Assembly: GCA_942492555.1 (NCBI GenBank)
Contig: CALOEX010000004.1
Coordinates: 11,875 to 75,874 of the forward strand
Source of the DNA: an uncultured Bacteroidota bacterium
Lineage (GTDB): Bacteria; Bacteroidota; Bacteroidia; Cytophagales; Amoebophilaceae
Reading direction: 5' to 3'
DNA length: 64,000 nucleotides
Part shown: positions 8,352-17,930 of the stretch, in pieces
How positions within the stretch are numbered: the stretch's first letter is position 1
Layout of the letters: every line of letters starts with the position of its first letter
Made by a program: the position numbers and the translations under genes
Notes under the pieces: model-generated
Told to the model about the DNA's origin: nothing
Databases searched by the model: none
Seen by the model: the letters and a program-made list of their open reading frames with translations, nothing else

Positions 8352-10367
8352 ATGAAATTTACATTACAATCGCCTTTTTCACCTAAAGGAGGACAACCAG
8401 AAGCCATCAAAACATTAGTAAAAAATATTAAATCAGGCATTCCTGCTCAGACACTACTAGGCGTAACAGGATCTGGCAAAACATTTACCATGGCAAATGT
8501 TATTGAGCAACTCAATTGCCCCACACTGATTTTAAGTCATAATAAAACGCTCGCAGCTCAGCTATATGCAGCATTTAAAGAATTTTTCCCTACAAATGCA
8601 ATTGAGTATTTTGTTTCTTACTATGACTACTACCAGCCAGAATCCTATAATCCGGTTACAGGCGTTTATATAGAAAAAGATTTGGCCATCAATGAAGAAA
8701 TTGAAAAAATGCGCTTGAATACTATGTTTTCACTCTTGTCAGGCCGTAGGGATGTAGTAGTTATTTCTTCCGTTTCCTGCATATATGGTTTAAGCAACCC
8801 AGAAAACTTCCGAGAGTATGTCCGTAATATTACCGTAGGCGATAAGATGTTCCGAGATGATTTCTTATTGCTCTTATCAGATTTTTTTTATAGTCGTAGC
8901 GAAATTAATTTTACACGTAGTACTTTCAGGGTTCGAGGAGATATAGTAGATCTCTACCTTGCCTATCAAGACAAAGTATATCGTTTTATATTTTTAGAAG
9001 ATAAGATTGAAACTATTCAAGAAATTGATCCTAAAACAGGCAGACGTATTGGAAAGCACAATGAGGTAACTATTTTCCCTGCTAATAACTTTATGGTCAA
9101 TAAAAGCCAATTGGAACGTGCTATTGACATTATTGAAAAAGAACTTCATGCTCAAATAAACTTTTTTTTAAAACAAGGCTGTGAAGAGGAAGCAAAAAGA
9201 CTAAAGGAAAGAACACATTTAGATATTGACATGATGAGAGAGCTAGGCTACTGCCCAGGTATTGAAAATTATTCCCGTTGTTTTGACAATCGAAAACCAG
9301 GTGAAAGACCCTATTGTTTATTAGATTATTTTCCTGAGGATTTTTTGATGATTATTGATGAGAGTCATGTAAGCATTCCCCAAATAGCCGCTATGGCAGG
9401 AGGAGATCGATCACGTAAAAATAATTTGATCGATCATGGTTTTCGCATACCTGCTGCGAGAGACAACCGTCCTCTTTCTTTGACTGAGTTTGAGTCTTTG
9501 TTACGTCAGGTTATTTACGTTAGTGCAACACCGGCAGATTATGAAATAAAAAAATCCGCAAGTGTTATTGTAGAACAATTAGTCCGTCCTACAGGGTTGT
9601 TAGATCCTGCTATTGAAGTGCATCCTACACCACATCAAATTGACCATTTGCAGGAGGCTATTCGAAAGTGTATTGCCCATAAAGAACGTGTGTTGATTAC
9701 AACACTCACAAAACGTATGGCAGAAGAATTGACAAAATATTTAGAGAGCATGTGCGTTCGTTGTCGTTATATTCATGCAGAAGTAAAAACTTTGGATAGA
9801 ATAACTATTTTAGAAGAGTTGCGGTTAGGTGTTTATGATGTGTTAGTTGGGGTTAACTTATTGAGGGAGGGACTAGATTTGCCTGAAGTTTCACTAGTGG
9901 CTATTCTTGATGCAGACAAAGAGGGTTTTTTAAGAAATTTTCGATCGCTGATACAAACGATTGGCAGGGCTGCACGCCATGTGAATGGTAAGGTGATTAT
10001 GTATGCAGATAAGATAACACCTTCTATGGAAAAAGCCATTCAAGAAACAGAGCGTCGTCGTAGCAGGCAGATACGTTACAATGAAATCCATGGCATTGTT
10101 CCACAGCCAGTGGTAAAAGCAAAAAATTATTTAGCCAAAACAGCATCAAACAATGAAGTTTATCAGATACCAGACTATATAGAGGATCTTGCCGAAGAGC
10201 CTGCGCCGATCTATCTTAGTATTGTTTCAATAAAAAAGGCTATTCGACAAAAAAAACGTGCTATGGAAAAAGCTGCGGATATGATGGACTACATAAAAGC
10301 ACAGGCGATACAAAAAGAAATACAACACTTGGAACATACTTTACAACAAAGAGAAAAAAAATCTTAG
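8352..10367 (+). CDS. uvrB: Excinuclease ABC subunit B
   Basis: LLGVTGSGKTFTMANVIEQ Walker A, DESHVSIPQ, helicase motifs, and a C-terminal UVR-like motif DYIKAQAIQKEIQHLE. Full length, 671 aa. Confidence 0.97.
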   Translation: MKFTLQSPFSPKGGQPEAIKTLVKNIKSGIPAQTLLGVTGSGKTFTMANVIEQLNCPTLILSHNKTLAAQLYAAFKEFFPTNAIEYFVSYYDYYQPESYNPVTGVYIEKDLAINEEIEKMRLNTMFSLLSGRRDVVVISSVSCIYGLSNPENFREYVRNITVGDKMFRDDFLLLLSDFFYSRSEINFTRSTFRVRGDIVDLYLAYQDKVYRFIFLEDKIETIQEIDPKTGRRIGKHNEVTIFPANNFMVNKSQLERAIDIIEKELHAQINFFLKQGCEEEAKRLKERTHLDIDMMRELGYCPGIENYSRCFDNRKPGERPYCLLDYFPEDFLMIIDESHVSIPQIAAMAGGDRSRKNNLIDHGFRIPAARDNRPLSLTEFESLLRQVIYVSATPADYEIKKSASVIVEQLVRPTGLLDPAIEVHPTPHQIDHLQEAIRKCIAHKERVLITTLTKRMAEELTKYLESMCVRCRYIHAEVKTLDRITILEELRLGVYDVLVGVNLLREGLDLPEVSLVAILDADKEGFLRNFRSLIQTIGRAARHVNGKVIMYADKITPSMEKAIQETERRRSRQIRYNEIHGIVPQPVVKAKNYLAKTASNNEVYQIPDYIEDLAEEPAPIYLSIVSIKKAIRQKKRAMEKAADMMDYIKAQAIQKEIQHLEHTLQQREKKS

Positions 10368-10853
10368 TATTTGTCACAGTTATTGCTTTCTATATCGTTA
10401 TAGTCCCTTAGCATATAAGGTGATGTTACCAACAGTTTACTACTATATGACCGTTTTTGCAAGCAACAGCAAACCTCTCACCATTTGGATACTAAGTCAT
10501 GGATAGAGCATCATAGGAGAAAAATTCTGTGGAATTTTTCTTTGTTTCATCGTAAATGTACAACTGATTTTCCTCATCTAGTAGTGCGAATTGGTTTGTT
10601 TTTTCATTGTAGAAGATTTGTGGACGTCATTTTTTTTGTGTTATAGTAGCAACAAATGTTTCCTAACAAGGTATCATTACCTACAACAGTAGGCTATGCA
10701 AGAGCTTTTTATTTCTGATTTGTTTAGGTGTCATTTTTTGTAGATTTAGAGCTACAAGTAAGCATTCTATTTTATAATACAATTTTTTGCAAAAAAAGAC
10801 TTCCTTTTAGGAAAGCGTAGTCATGAGTGGATAATCGGGAAGCTCATATATTG

Positions 10854-10998
10854 TGTACAAAAAAGGAAATTTGGAGGCCTTAAATGCAGTGAATGTTGGC
10901 TTTTTTAGGTAAAAAAACAGATGTTGGCATATTGTGGTGCAAAAGTTCTCTCTTTAGACTATGTCTATCTGGTTGTAAAATCTTGCAGTTTTAGGATG
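10854..10998. repeat. Copy 1 of a ~145-bp direct repeat in non-coding DNA
   Basis: aaaaaggaaatttggagg...gatgttggcatattgtggtgcaaaagttctctctttagactatgtctatctggttgtaaaatcttgcagttttaggatgc recurs almost identically 231 bp downstream. Confidence 0.9.
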
Positions 10999-11084
10999 CT
11001 TAAAAGGTAGCATAGGTGTCCACACCCCTAGCACGTAGCTTTGCTACTATGCTAGAGCCTAGACGTAGTGTAGCAATAGGAATG

Positions 11085-11229
11085 TGTATAAAAAAGGAAA
11101 TTTGGAGGCTTAAATACAATGAATGTTGGCTTTTTTAGGTAAAAAAACAGATGTTGGCATATTGTGGTGCAAAAGTTCTCTCTTTAGACTATGTCTATCT
11201 GGTTGTAAAATCTTGCAGTTTTAGGATGC
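11085..11229. repeat. Copy 2 of the ~145-bp direct repeat
   Basis: Near-identical to 10854-10998. Only a few differences, in ggaggccttaaatgcagtg versus ggaggcttaaatacaatg. Confidence 0.9.
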
Positions 11230-11932
11230 CATGCATAAGTGTTATAAATGTTGTGTTTTGCAGAAGCCATGGTGGAAAGGTGCTATGGCTTTGTACTTCT
11301 TTAAAGGATGTGGGTGATCCTCTCATTTTTTGGATGTAGGTTGCTACTTGTTTATGATCAATGGTGATGTGCCACAGAATGCTATAGGGGGTTGTGTTGG
11401 TATGGCTTTGGTTGATTTCATAGCGATATGAGTTGCGTATGCCTGTGTAGTTTGTGGTGCTTGTGCATTTTCTTTTTTTTGTATTTTTTGTTCTTTGTTT
11501 GTTTTTGAGGTGCTTTGCGATGTAGTAAACGATGATGAATGTGCGGAATAGTTTCCTTTGGTTTAGTGTATGTTCTGTAGGGGTGTCACTTTGCTTTTTT
11601 TTGCCTTTGGGTTCTTCTCCTACGTTGATGCGAGAACATTTGAGGCGCCATGCTTTTCTTGGTTTGTCCTTAGGGGTGGGATGTGTTTGACGTTCTGCTC
11701 TTTCTTCTCCTTCTCTTCGTTCATCATCATTATCTGGACCACTGGCTGTAGGGGCGGTTTTTTGGGGTATAGGGGGGATAGGTATGAAGGGCATTTGCTT
11801 TTCAAAAGGTGTGGTGTTGTTTTCTTTTTGATATTTTAGCTTTTTTCTTTCTATGAAGAAGTAGGTTAAGGTAGTGAATAGTATGCTTATGAAGCTTGGG
11901 ATAGTGAACACTATAATATATAATTGGTTCAT
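11195..11932 (-). CDS. Doubtful hypothetical protein (N-terminal TM helix, Pro-rich and basic low-complexity tail)
   Basis: 245-aa ORF. The N-terminus MNQLYIIVFTIPSFISILFTTLTYFFI is plausible, but the remainder is low complexity and the 3' end runs into repeat copy 2. Confidence 0.3.
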   Translation of the reverse strand: MNQLYIIVFTIPSFISILFTTLTYFFIERKKLKYQKENNTTPFEKQMPFIPIPPIPQKTAPTASGPDNDDERREGEERAERQTHPTPKDKPRKAWRLKCSRINVGEEPKGKKKQSDTPTEHTLNQRKLFRTFIIVYYIAKHLKNKQRTKNTKKRKCTSTTNYTGIRNSYRYEINQSHTNTTPYSILWHITIDHKQVATYIQKMRGSPTSFKEVQSHSTFPPWLLQNTTFITLMHGILKLQDFTTR

Positions 11933-12168
11933 ATTTATATATAAACATATATTTTTAATTTTGCAAAATTGTGGATATAAAATTATTTTATATGACTTTC
12001 CCGGATAATCTTAATGCGTTTGTATTTTGCACTTCACAAATGCTATTTCCTTATTTTTTAGAAGGATTATAGGTAAAAAAACAAAGATGTTCTATCCTTT
12101 TATCCTTTATTTGTTCATTTACAACAGCCCTTGTATATTGTCTTTGTTCAGCTTATAATTTTTTGTAC

Positions 12169-13461
12169 ATGCGTTATAAAACCATACCTTCCCAGCTTTT
12201 TATTGATAACAGGAAAAAACTTGTAGAAAAACTAATGCCTAATGCCATAGCTATCTTTAATGCAAACGACATAATGCCCAAAGATGGTGATGATATAATC
12301 GGCTTTAAACAAAACAGTGATTTTTTTTACCTCTCGGGTATTGACCAAGAAGAGAGCATCTTGCTACTGTATCCTGATGCTCCTATACAAGCAAGGAAAC
12401 AAATACTCTTTATCAAAAAAACAAATGAGAACATAGCCATTTGGGAAGGTAAGAAATATACACAAGAAGAGGCTTCTTCTATATCAGGTATTCAAGAGGT
12501 TCATTGGCTCGAGGACTTCCCCCCACTTTTTCGCCAGCTTGTACTCAAAGCCGAACATATCTACCTTAACACCAATGAGCATTTACAGGGTACCACTCTT
12601 GTAGAAACCAGGGATCAGCGCTTTTTACGTTGGTGTAAAGAACACTATCCCCTACATCAATATAGGCGTATTGCTCCTATTATGGGAACATTGCGGGCTA
12701 TCAAGTCTTCAATAGAAATTGAATTGATCCAGCAAGCATGTACTATTACCAGAGATGCTTTTTTAGAAATGCTTCCCTATGTTAAACCCGGAGTGATGGA
12801 ATATGCTTTAGAAGGAGCATTTATTCATGGTCTTATCAAAAGAGGCTCACGAGGATTTGCTTATGCGCCAATTATTGCAGGGGGAGAAAGAGCTAATATT
12901 TTGCATTATACAGCAAATGATCAACCTTGTAAGGCAGGTGATTTACTTCTGATTGATGCTGCTGGTGAATATGCAGGCTATTGTGCGGATATGACCCGTG
13001 TGATTCCTATCAACGGCATATTTACACCAAGACAAAAAACCGTTTACTTAGCTGTGTTACGGATTTTAGAAAAGGCAAAAAAATTACTGCTTCCAGGCAA
13101 AACATTGGTGTCTTATCAGAAGGAAGTTTGTCAAACAGTAGAAGAAGAGCTGGTAAATCTAGGGTTGCTTACATATGCGGAGATCAAAAATCAAAATCCC
13201 CAAAATCCAGCTTATAAAAAGTATTTCATGCATGGTATTTCCCACCATTTAGGTTTGGGTGTGCATGATTTTGCATTTGTAGATCAACCCATTGTCCCTA
13301 ATATGGTACTTACCATTGAACCAGGCATTTACATTCGAGAAGAAAAAATAGGCATACGTTTAGAAAACGATGTTGTGGTTTGTGAAAATGGCATAAAAGA
13401 TCTCATGGCAGATATTCCATTAGATCCTGAAGCAATTGAAGCATTGTTGCAGGGTAGATAA
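12169..13461 (+). CDS. pepP: Xaa-Pro aminopeptidase (M24B family)
   Basis: Creatinase/prolidase N-domain followed by the pita-bread metal ligands: ...DAAGEYAGYCADMTRV..., HGISHHLGLGVHD, TIEPGIYI, IRLEND. First ATG is at 12169; the track start at 12163 is TTG. Confidence 0.9.
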   Translation: MRYKTIPSQLFIDNRKKLVEKLMPNAIAIFNANDIMPKDGDDIIGFKQNSDFFYLSGIDQEESILLLYPDAPIQARKQILFIKKTNENIAIWEGKKYTQEEASSISGIQEVHWLEDFPPLFRQLVLKAEHIYLNTNEHLQGTTLVETRDQRFLRWCKEHYPLHQYRRIAPIMGTLRAIKSSIEIELIQQACTITRDAFLEMLPYVKPGVMEYALEGAFIHGLIKRGSRGFAYAPIIAGGERANILHYTANDQPCKAGDLLLIDAAGEYAGYCADMTRVIPINGIFTPRQKTVYLAVLRILEKAKKLLLPGKTLVSYQKEVCQTVEEELVNLGLLTYAEIKNQNPQNPAYKKYFMHGISHHLGLGVHDFAFVDQPIVPNMVLTIEPGIYIREEKIGIRLENDVVVCENGIKDLMADIPLDPEAIEALLQGR

Positions 13462-13475
13462 AAACCTTCTAGAAG

Positions 13476-14177
13476 CTAAGGATGTAAAAAAGTACCTTCT
13501 TTTCCCTCTGTGATAATTGCTTTGAGCCTGTTTTTCTTTTTAGCGTTGTACACAGCAATAGGTATGTTGTGTTCGATACATAGCATCATAGCTGTTGTGT
13601 CCAAAACACCCAATTTTTTATCTAAGGCCTCTTGTAGAAATAAATGTGAATAATAGGTGGCTTTGGGATTTTTTTTAGGGTCTGTAGCATAGACACCATC
13701 TACATTCGTACCTTTTATCAAAAGATCAACACCTAGTTCAATGGCCGTGAGTGCACCTGCAGAATCGCTGGTAAAACAAGGCACACCTGTCCCTCCACTA
13801 ATAACCAAAACATGGTCTTGCATGAGTTTACGTGCGTGAATAGGATTATATGCCATTACCATAGGTGCTATGGGTAAACGGGTTAGATGTTTGCTTGGTA
13901 TGCTATTTTTTTCCAAAGCCACCGATAGAGCAATGCCATTGATAGCAGTGGCTAACATACCCATATGATCACTGTTTATTTTATCAAGACCTAATTCTTT
14001 TCCCTCTTTTCCTCGGTAAAGATTGCCTCCTCCTATTACGATAGCTAGGTGGTATTTTTCTAAGTCTATTGTTTTGATTTCTTGCATGTAATGTGCAAGA
14101 GCAGTAGCATCAATACCTTTTTGGTTTTTTCCCGCTAATATTTCTCCACTCAGTTTTAATACAATGTTTTTTTTCAT
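13476..14177 (-). CDS. pyrH: UMP kinase
   Basis: MKKNIVLKLSGEILAG..., VIGGGNLYRG, TTDSAGAL-like FTSDSAGALTAIEL, GVYATDPKKNP. Confidence 0.95.
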   Translation of the reverse strand: MKKNIVLKLSGEILAGKNQKGIDATALAHYMQEIKTIDLEKYHLAIVIGGGNLYRGKEGKELGLDKINSDHMGMLATAINGIALSVALEKNSIPSKHLTRLPIAPMVMAYNPIHARKLMQDHVLVISGGTGVPCFTSDSAGALTAIELGVDLLIKGTNVDGVYATDPKKNPKATYYSHLFLQEALDKKLGVLDTTAMMLCIEHNIPIAVYNAKKKNRLKAIITEGKEGTFLHP

Positions 14178-14728
14178 ATCTCATTTTTATTTTTGTGATG
14201 TAAAATTAATGTTTTTTTGGATTATCCTTATCTATTTGCACGAAATAGCATTATTAAAAACGTTGGACAACCATAAGTGCTACTAAAGTTGCAAAAATAA
14301 GCCAACCTTTTTCTATTTGATTCTTTTTGTATAAGCATAAACAACACTGCTGTTTTCTATACTATTAATATGTTGTGTTTGTAGATGTCGGTTGTTTTTT
14401 TGTTCTTAGATATGCCGGTTGTACAATCCGACCCACTATTTAACAAACCTACAATTGTATTTTCATAGTGGCATAGCTTTGGCTAATTTTTCTTTGACAC
14501 TTTTCCCTTATGATTTTTTTATAAAAAGCGAATTATCTTATAGGACTTGTTCATGATTTTTGACTGCTGTATATGCAACAGTTTTAAAAAAAGGCATACA
14601 TGCTTTTGTAGGATTTCAGCAGTGGATAATAGTATAAACTTTTCGTAGTTTTTCTTTATAAAAGTTGGAAATCTACGATTCATTGCTTATCTTATAAATA
14701 GCGAGTTCTTCCAATTCTACAATGTCTT

Positions 14729-16279
14729 ATGGTGTTATTGCTAAAAAAGATATCTCTTACTAAAACAGCGTTGCTGTTAGTTGTTTTTCTCTTTATAGGA
14801 AGAGAGATGCAAGCAGCGGTGATGCAAGATAAGCCCAAAAAATCAATCAAAAAAGCAACAAAAAAATCATTAAAAAAGACCGTAGCCGATATATCGCCAT
14901 CAACAGTTTTAACACAAAGTCTTAACACAAATCATCAACACATACAAAAAGACAAACAAAGGCAAGAACTCAAACAAAAGAGTAAGTTAAAACACAAAGT
15001 GTTACAAGGACTTATTGCTACCGGCGTAGTGATAGCAAGTGGTATGGTTATTTACAATGTTTTCTTTAAAAAACCATCGTCTAAATCCATAGTGTCCTCT
15101 AAGAATCAAAATATTTCAGTTCCTGCCAATCAAACAACAACACATGCACAAACCATCCAGAATATCATGGATCAAGGAGGGAGTGAAGAATCAGTACAAG
15201 CAAACCTTTTGGGGGCTCTTTTTAACAGAGTGAGAGAAGCCCTTAAAAACCGTAATACCCCAGAAGTAGTTGTGCAAAGACCACTTGTCGAAAAAGTTAC
15301 ACAAAATAGTGCTACAATAGCTCATACATCCCAAAAATCTTTTGTAGAAAAAACATTGGCGTGGTGTATACACAACCCTTACACAGCTGTTTTCTCAAGT
15401 GTATCCGTTGCAGTATTCTTTGCAGTTTCTTATTATCAAGGCTTAGACGAGAGTGCACGTAATATGGGAACAGCAGTTGCAGGAACAATGCTTCTAAATC
15501 AATTAAACACTCCTTCTGCAATAGAAAATAAGCATGTTGACCCTCGTGTGTCCTCTCTGATAAAAGGATTCTTTGGCTATATGGGACTTAGTCTGAGCAA
15601 GCAAATAGATGTTTGGAGTGTTGTGAATAAGAGCGAAGGGTTAAAAAACTACCTAAAAGACAGAAAAGCATTCACGGCAGCAAATAAAGACTCAGCCGGA
15701 GGAAATGATAATCCTGGAGATAGAAAAAAACCACGTTATGCCCTGAATCATTTTCTAGCAGATATATTGCTAGGGAAAGGCATAGCATGGATACAAGCTA
15801 AATTTAAAGAGTGGATAAATAGTTCTCTCATTATTAGCCCCTTAGCGTGGATTGCTAGCAAGGTATTTGGAGATGGAGACAATGTGTCTTATGCCATGAT
15901 GAATATGCTCATTGCTAGTTTCTGTTCTTTTATTGCTTCTGTATTCCTATCTTTGTATGCAAAACATAAAGAAAAAGAAAACCAAAAAACCCTGCAAGAA
16001 GAAGCAAAAATTAAAGAAAAAGAAATGCAGGAACAAAAACAAAGGGAGTTAATTTACCAACAAGAAAAAAAGCGACAAGAAATAGAATCGAACACCCTAT
16101 TAAATTTTGCCAATAAACATCTTTCCACCCAAGTGCGGGCATGGATTGGAGGCATATTGGTGCGTGTAGGAGTATACATACAAACAGTCTTTCCACACCA
16201 TAAAAAAGAAAAAAGCATGCTTGAAAAATTCAATGATGGACGGTTGCATGCTATATGGAGTAGTTTGATGAAACCATAG
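14729..16279 (+). CDS. Hypothetical membrane protein with Lys-rich and coiled-coil segments
   Basis: 516-aa ORF with a signal-anchor at the N-terminus, several TM segments and a KEKE-rich stretch (QEEAKIKEKEMQEQKQRE). Confidence 0.6.
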   Translation: MVLLLKKISLTKTALLLVVFLFIGREMQAAVMQDKPKKSIKKATKKSLKKTVADISPSTVLTQSLNTNHQHIQKDKQRQELKQKSKLKHKVLQGLIATGVVIASGMVIYNVFFKKPSSKSIVSSKNQNISVPANQTTTHAQTIQNIMDQGGSEESVQANLLGALFNRVREALKNRNTPEVVVQRPLVEKVTQNSATIAHTSQKSFVEKTLAWCIHNPYTAVFSSVSVAVFFAVSYYQGLDESARNMGTAVAGTMLLNQLNTPSAIENKHVDPRVSSLIKGFFGYMGLSLSKQIDVWSVVNKSEGLKNYLKDRKAFTAANKDSAGGNDNPGDRKKPRYALNHFLADILLGKGIAWIQAKFKEWINSSLIISPLAWIASKVFGDGDNVSYAMMNMLIASFCSFIASVFLSLYAKHKEKENQKTLQEEAKIKEKEMQEQKQRELIYQQEKKRQEIESNTLLNFANKHLSTQVRAWIGGILVRVGVYIQTVFPHHKKEKSMLEKFNDGRLHAIWSSLMKP

Positions 16280-16319
16280 CTTGAGGCAATACTAGCCATT
16301 TGCATGAGGTTAATAGTTA

Positions 16320-17417
16320 CTAAGACCTACACTTAAAATGAATAATATCTCCATCCTCCACAATATAGCTTTTTCCCTCACTGCCAATTTTTCCTGCTTG
16401 ACGGCATTTTTCTTCAGACTGAAAATGTATAAAATCCGAAAATTTAATAACATCCGCCTTAATGAAATTTTTTTCAAAATCTGAGTGAATGACAGCAGCA
16501 GCTTGGGGAGCAGCACTTTTTCTGGGAATGGTCCAAGCACGAATCTCTTTTGGTCCCACTGTAAAATAAGTCATCAAACCAAGGAGGTCATACACTTTTT
16601 TAATAATAAGATTCAAACTTGTCTCAGATAGACTATAAGCTTCCAAATATGCTTTTTGCTCTTCTGCTGGCAATAAAACAATTTGTGCTTCAAGTCCCAA
16701 ACAAATGGGAAGTACCTGAGTATATTCGTTTTCAACCGCTGCTTGTAAAGCACGCACATGTTTATTTGTTCTTGTTACCAAAGAATCCTCATCGATATTT
16801 GCTACATACAAAACAGGTTTCTTTGTAAGCAACTGCCACTCTTTTGCAAAAATTTGCTCTTCGGCATGCAAAGAAATCATACGAGCATCTTGTCCCTCTT
16901 GCAAGGCCTTGATAAAAACCTCAATGATTTCTTGATATTTTAAAATATCTTTCTTGCCTGTTTTTGTCAGTTTACTAACTTTTTCCAGTTTTTTTTTCAA
17001 AGAAAAAATATCTGCCAGACGTAATTCTTGATTGATCACTTCTTGATCGAACGCAGGATCTACTTCACCTGCAACATGCATGATGCTATCGTCCTCAAAG
17101 CAACGTACAACATGTACTAGAGCATCTACTTCCCGAATATTAGCCAAAAACTGATTACCAAGACCTTCTCCTTCACTTGCACCTTTTACAAGTCCAGCAA
17201 TATCCACAAAAGAAACAGTTGTAGGCACTATACTTTCACTTTCTACATATTGGTTTAACTGCTTTAAACGTTCATCAGGAACAGTAACAACACCTACATT
17301 AGGCTCTATTGTTGAAAAGGGGAAATTAGCACTCAATCCTTGACGCTGTGTCAGCGCACTAAAAAACGTAGATTTTCCCACATTTGGCAACCCTACAATC
17401 CCACATTTGAGAGGCAT
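16320..17417 (-). CDS. ychF: Ribosome-binding ATPase YchF
   Basis: [23 protein letters not shown], the NxxE-type G4, and a C-terminal TGS-like [14 protein letters not shown]. 365 aa. Confidence 0.95.
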   Translation of the reverse strand: MPLKCGIVGLPNVGKSTFFSALTQRQGLSANFPFSTIEPNVGVVTVPDERLKQLNQYVESESIVPTTVSFVDIAGLVKGASEGEGLGNQFLANIREVDALVHVVRCFEDDSIMHVAGEVDPAFDQEVINQELRLADIFSLKKKLEKVSKLTKTGKKDILKYQEIIEVFIKALQEGQDARMISLHAEEQIFAKEWQLLTKKPVLYVANIDEDSLVTRTNKHVRALQAAVENEYTQVLPICLGLEAQIVLLPAEEQKAYLEAYSLSETSLNLIIKKVYDLLGLMTYFTVGPKEIRAWTIPRKSAAPQAAAVIHSDFEKNFIKADVIKFSDFIHFQSEEKCRQAGKIGSEGKSYIVEDGDIIHFKCRS

Positions 17418-17455
17418 AACAAAAATGTTGAAAAGTTATGAATTACTCAGGGATT

Positions 17456-17746
17456 TTACTCTTCTTGATTATCTCTGCGCTCAAACTTTTCAAAATCGTG
17501 ATTGGGCATCAACTCTTTCAAATGCGCAAAAGCGTCATTAATCGTCTGTGTAAAACGGCTGATATCTTCTGGATAAACAAACAGTTTACTTTTTTGAAAT
17601 GAGGGGGTGTTGTTTTCATCAAAACTCCTTCTGCTTTCAGAAACTATCAAATAGTATCCACCGCCACGAGTTTCTTTAACATCTACAAAATAAGTTCTTT
17701 TTCCAGCCTTTACTTTCTTCGAATATACATTATTACTTGCTTCCAC
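17456..17746 (-). CDS. PUR-alpha-like ssDNA/RNA-binding protein (DUF3276 family)
   Basis: KAGKRTYFVDVKETRGGGYYLIVSESRR... is the characteristic Bacteroidota DUF3276 motif. 96 aa. Confidence 0.8.
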   Translation of the reverse strand: MEASNNVYSKKVKAGKRTYFVDVKETRGGGYYLIVSESRRSFDENNTPSFQKSKLFVYPEDISRFTQTINDAFAHLKELMPNHDFEKFERRDNQEE

Positions 17747-17930
17747 AATAGTTTAAATTAAACGTTCATAGCAGGACTCTGCCCACTATATAATTATATC
17801 AAAAACACATCACAAACAGCTATATACGAGTTTTTTGTAAAAATACAACCACACGATATCGTTTCTGTGCGTTTATAAACAAGCAAATGTACACAAAAAC
17901 AACCAAAAAAAGAAAAACCAAACACTCATC

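Noticed and set aside
10854-11229. Possible CRISPR array or MITE.
   Set aside because: There are only two copies, each ~145 bp long, with no short regular repeat-spacer periodicity, and no terminal inverted repeats were identified. It is reported as a plain direct repeat instead.
11570-11839. Plus-strand ORF 11570-11839 and nested minus-strand ORF 11620-11805 within the 11195-11932 ORF.
   Set aside because: These are mutually overlapping low-complexity ORFs in a region that looks like decayed DNA, and none has a recognisable motif. Only the longest is listed, with low confidence.
724-14560. The recurrent word TTGTTCATGAT (724-735, 4575-4586, 14549-14560; variant at 1658) looked like a shared regulatory motif.
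   Set aside because: It is the reverse complement of ATCATGAACAA, a common ATG-AAC-AA(A) (Met-Asn-Lys) start context of secreted proteins, and is partly explained by the 716/1650 duplication. There are too few copies, and the word is too short, to claim a motif.
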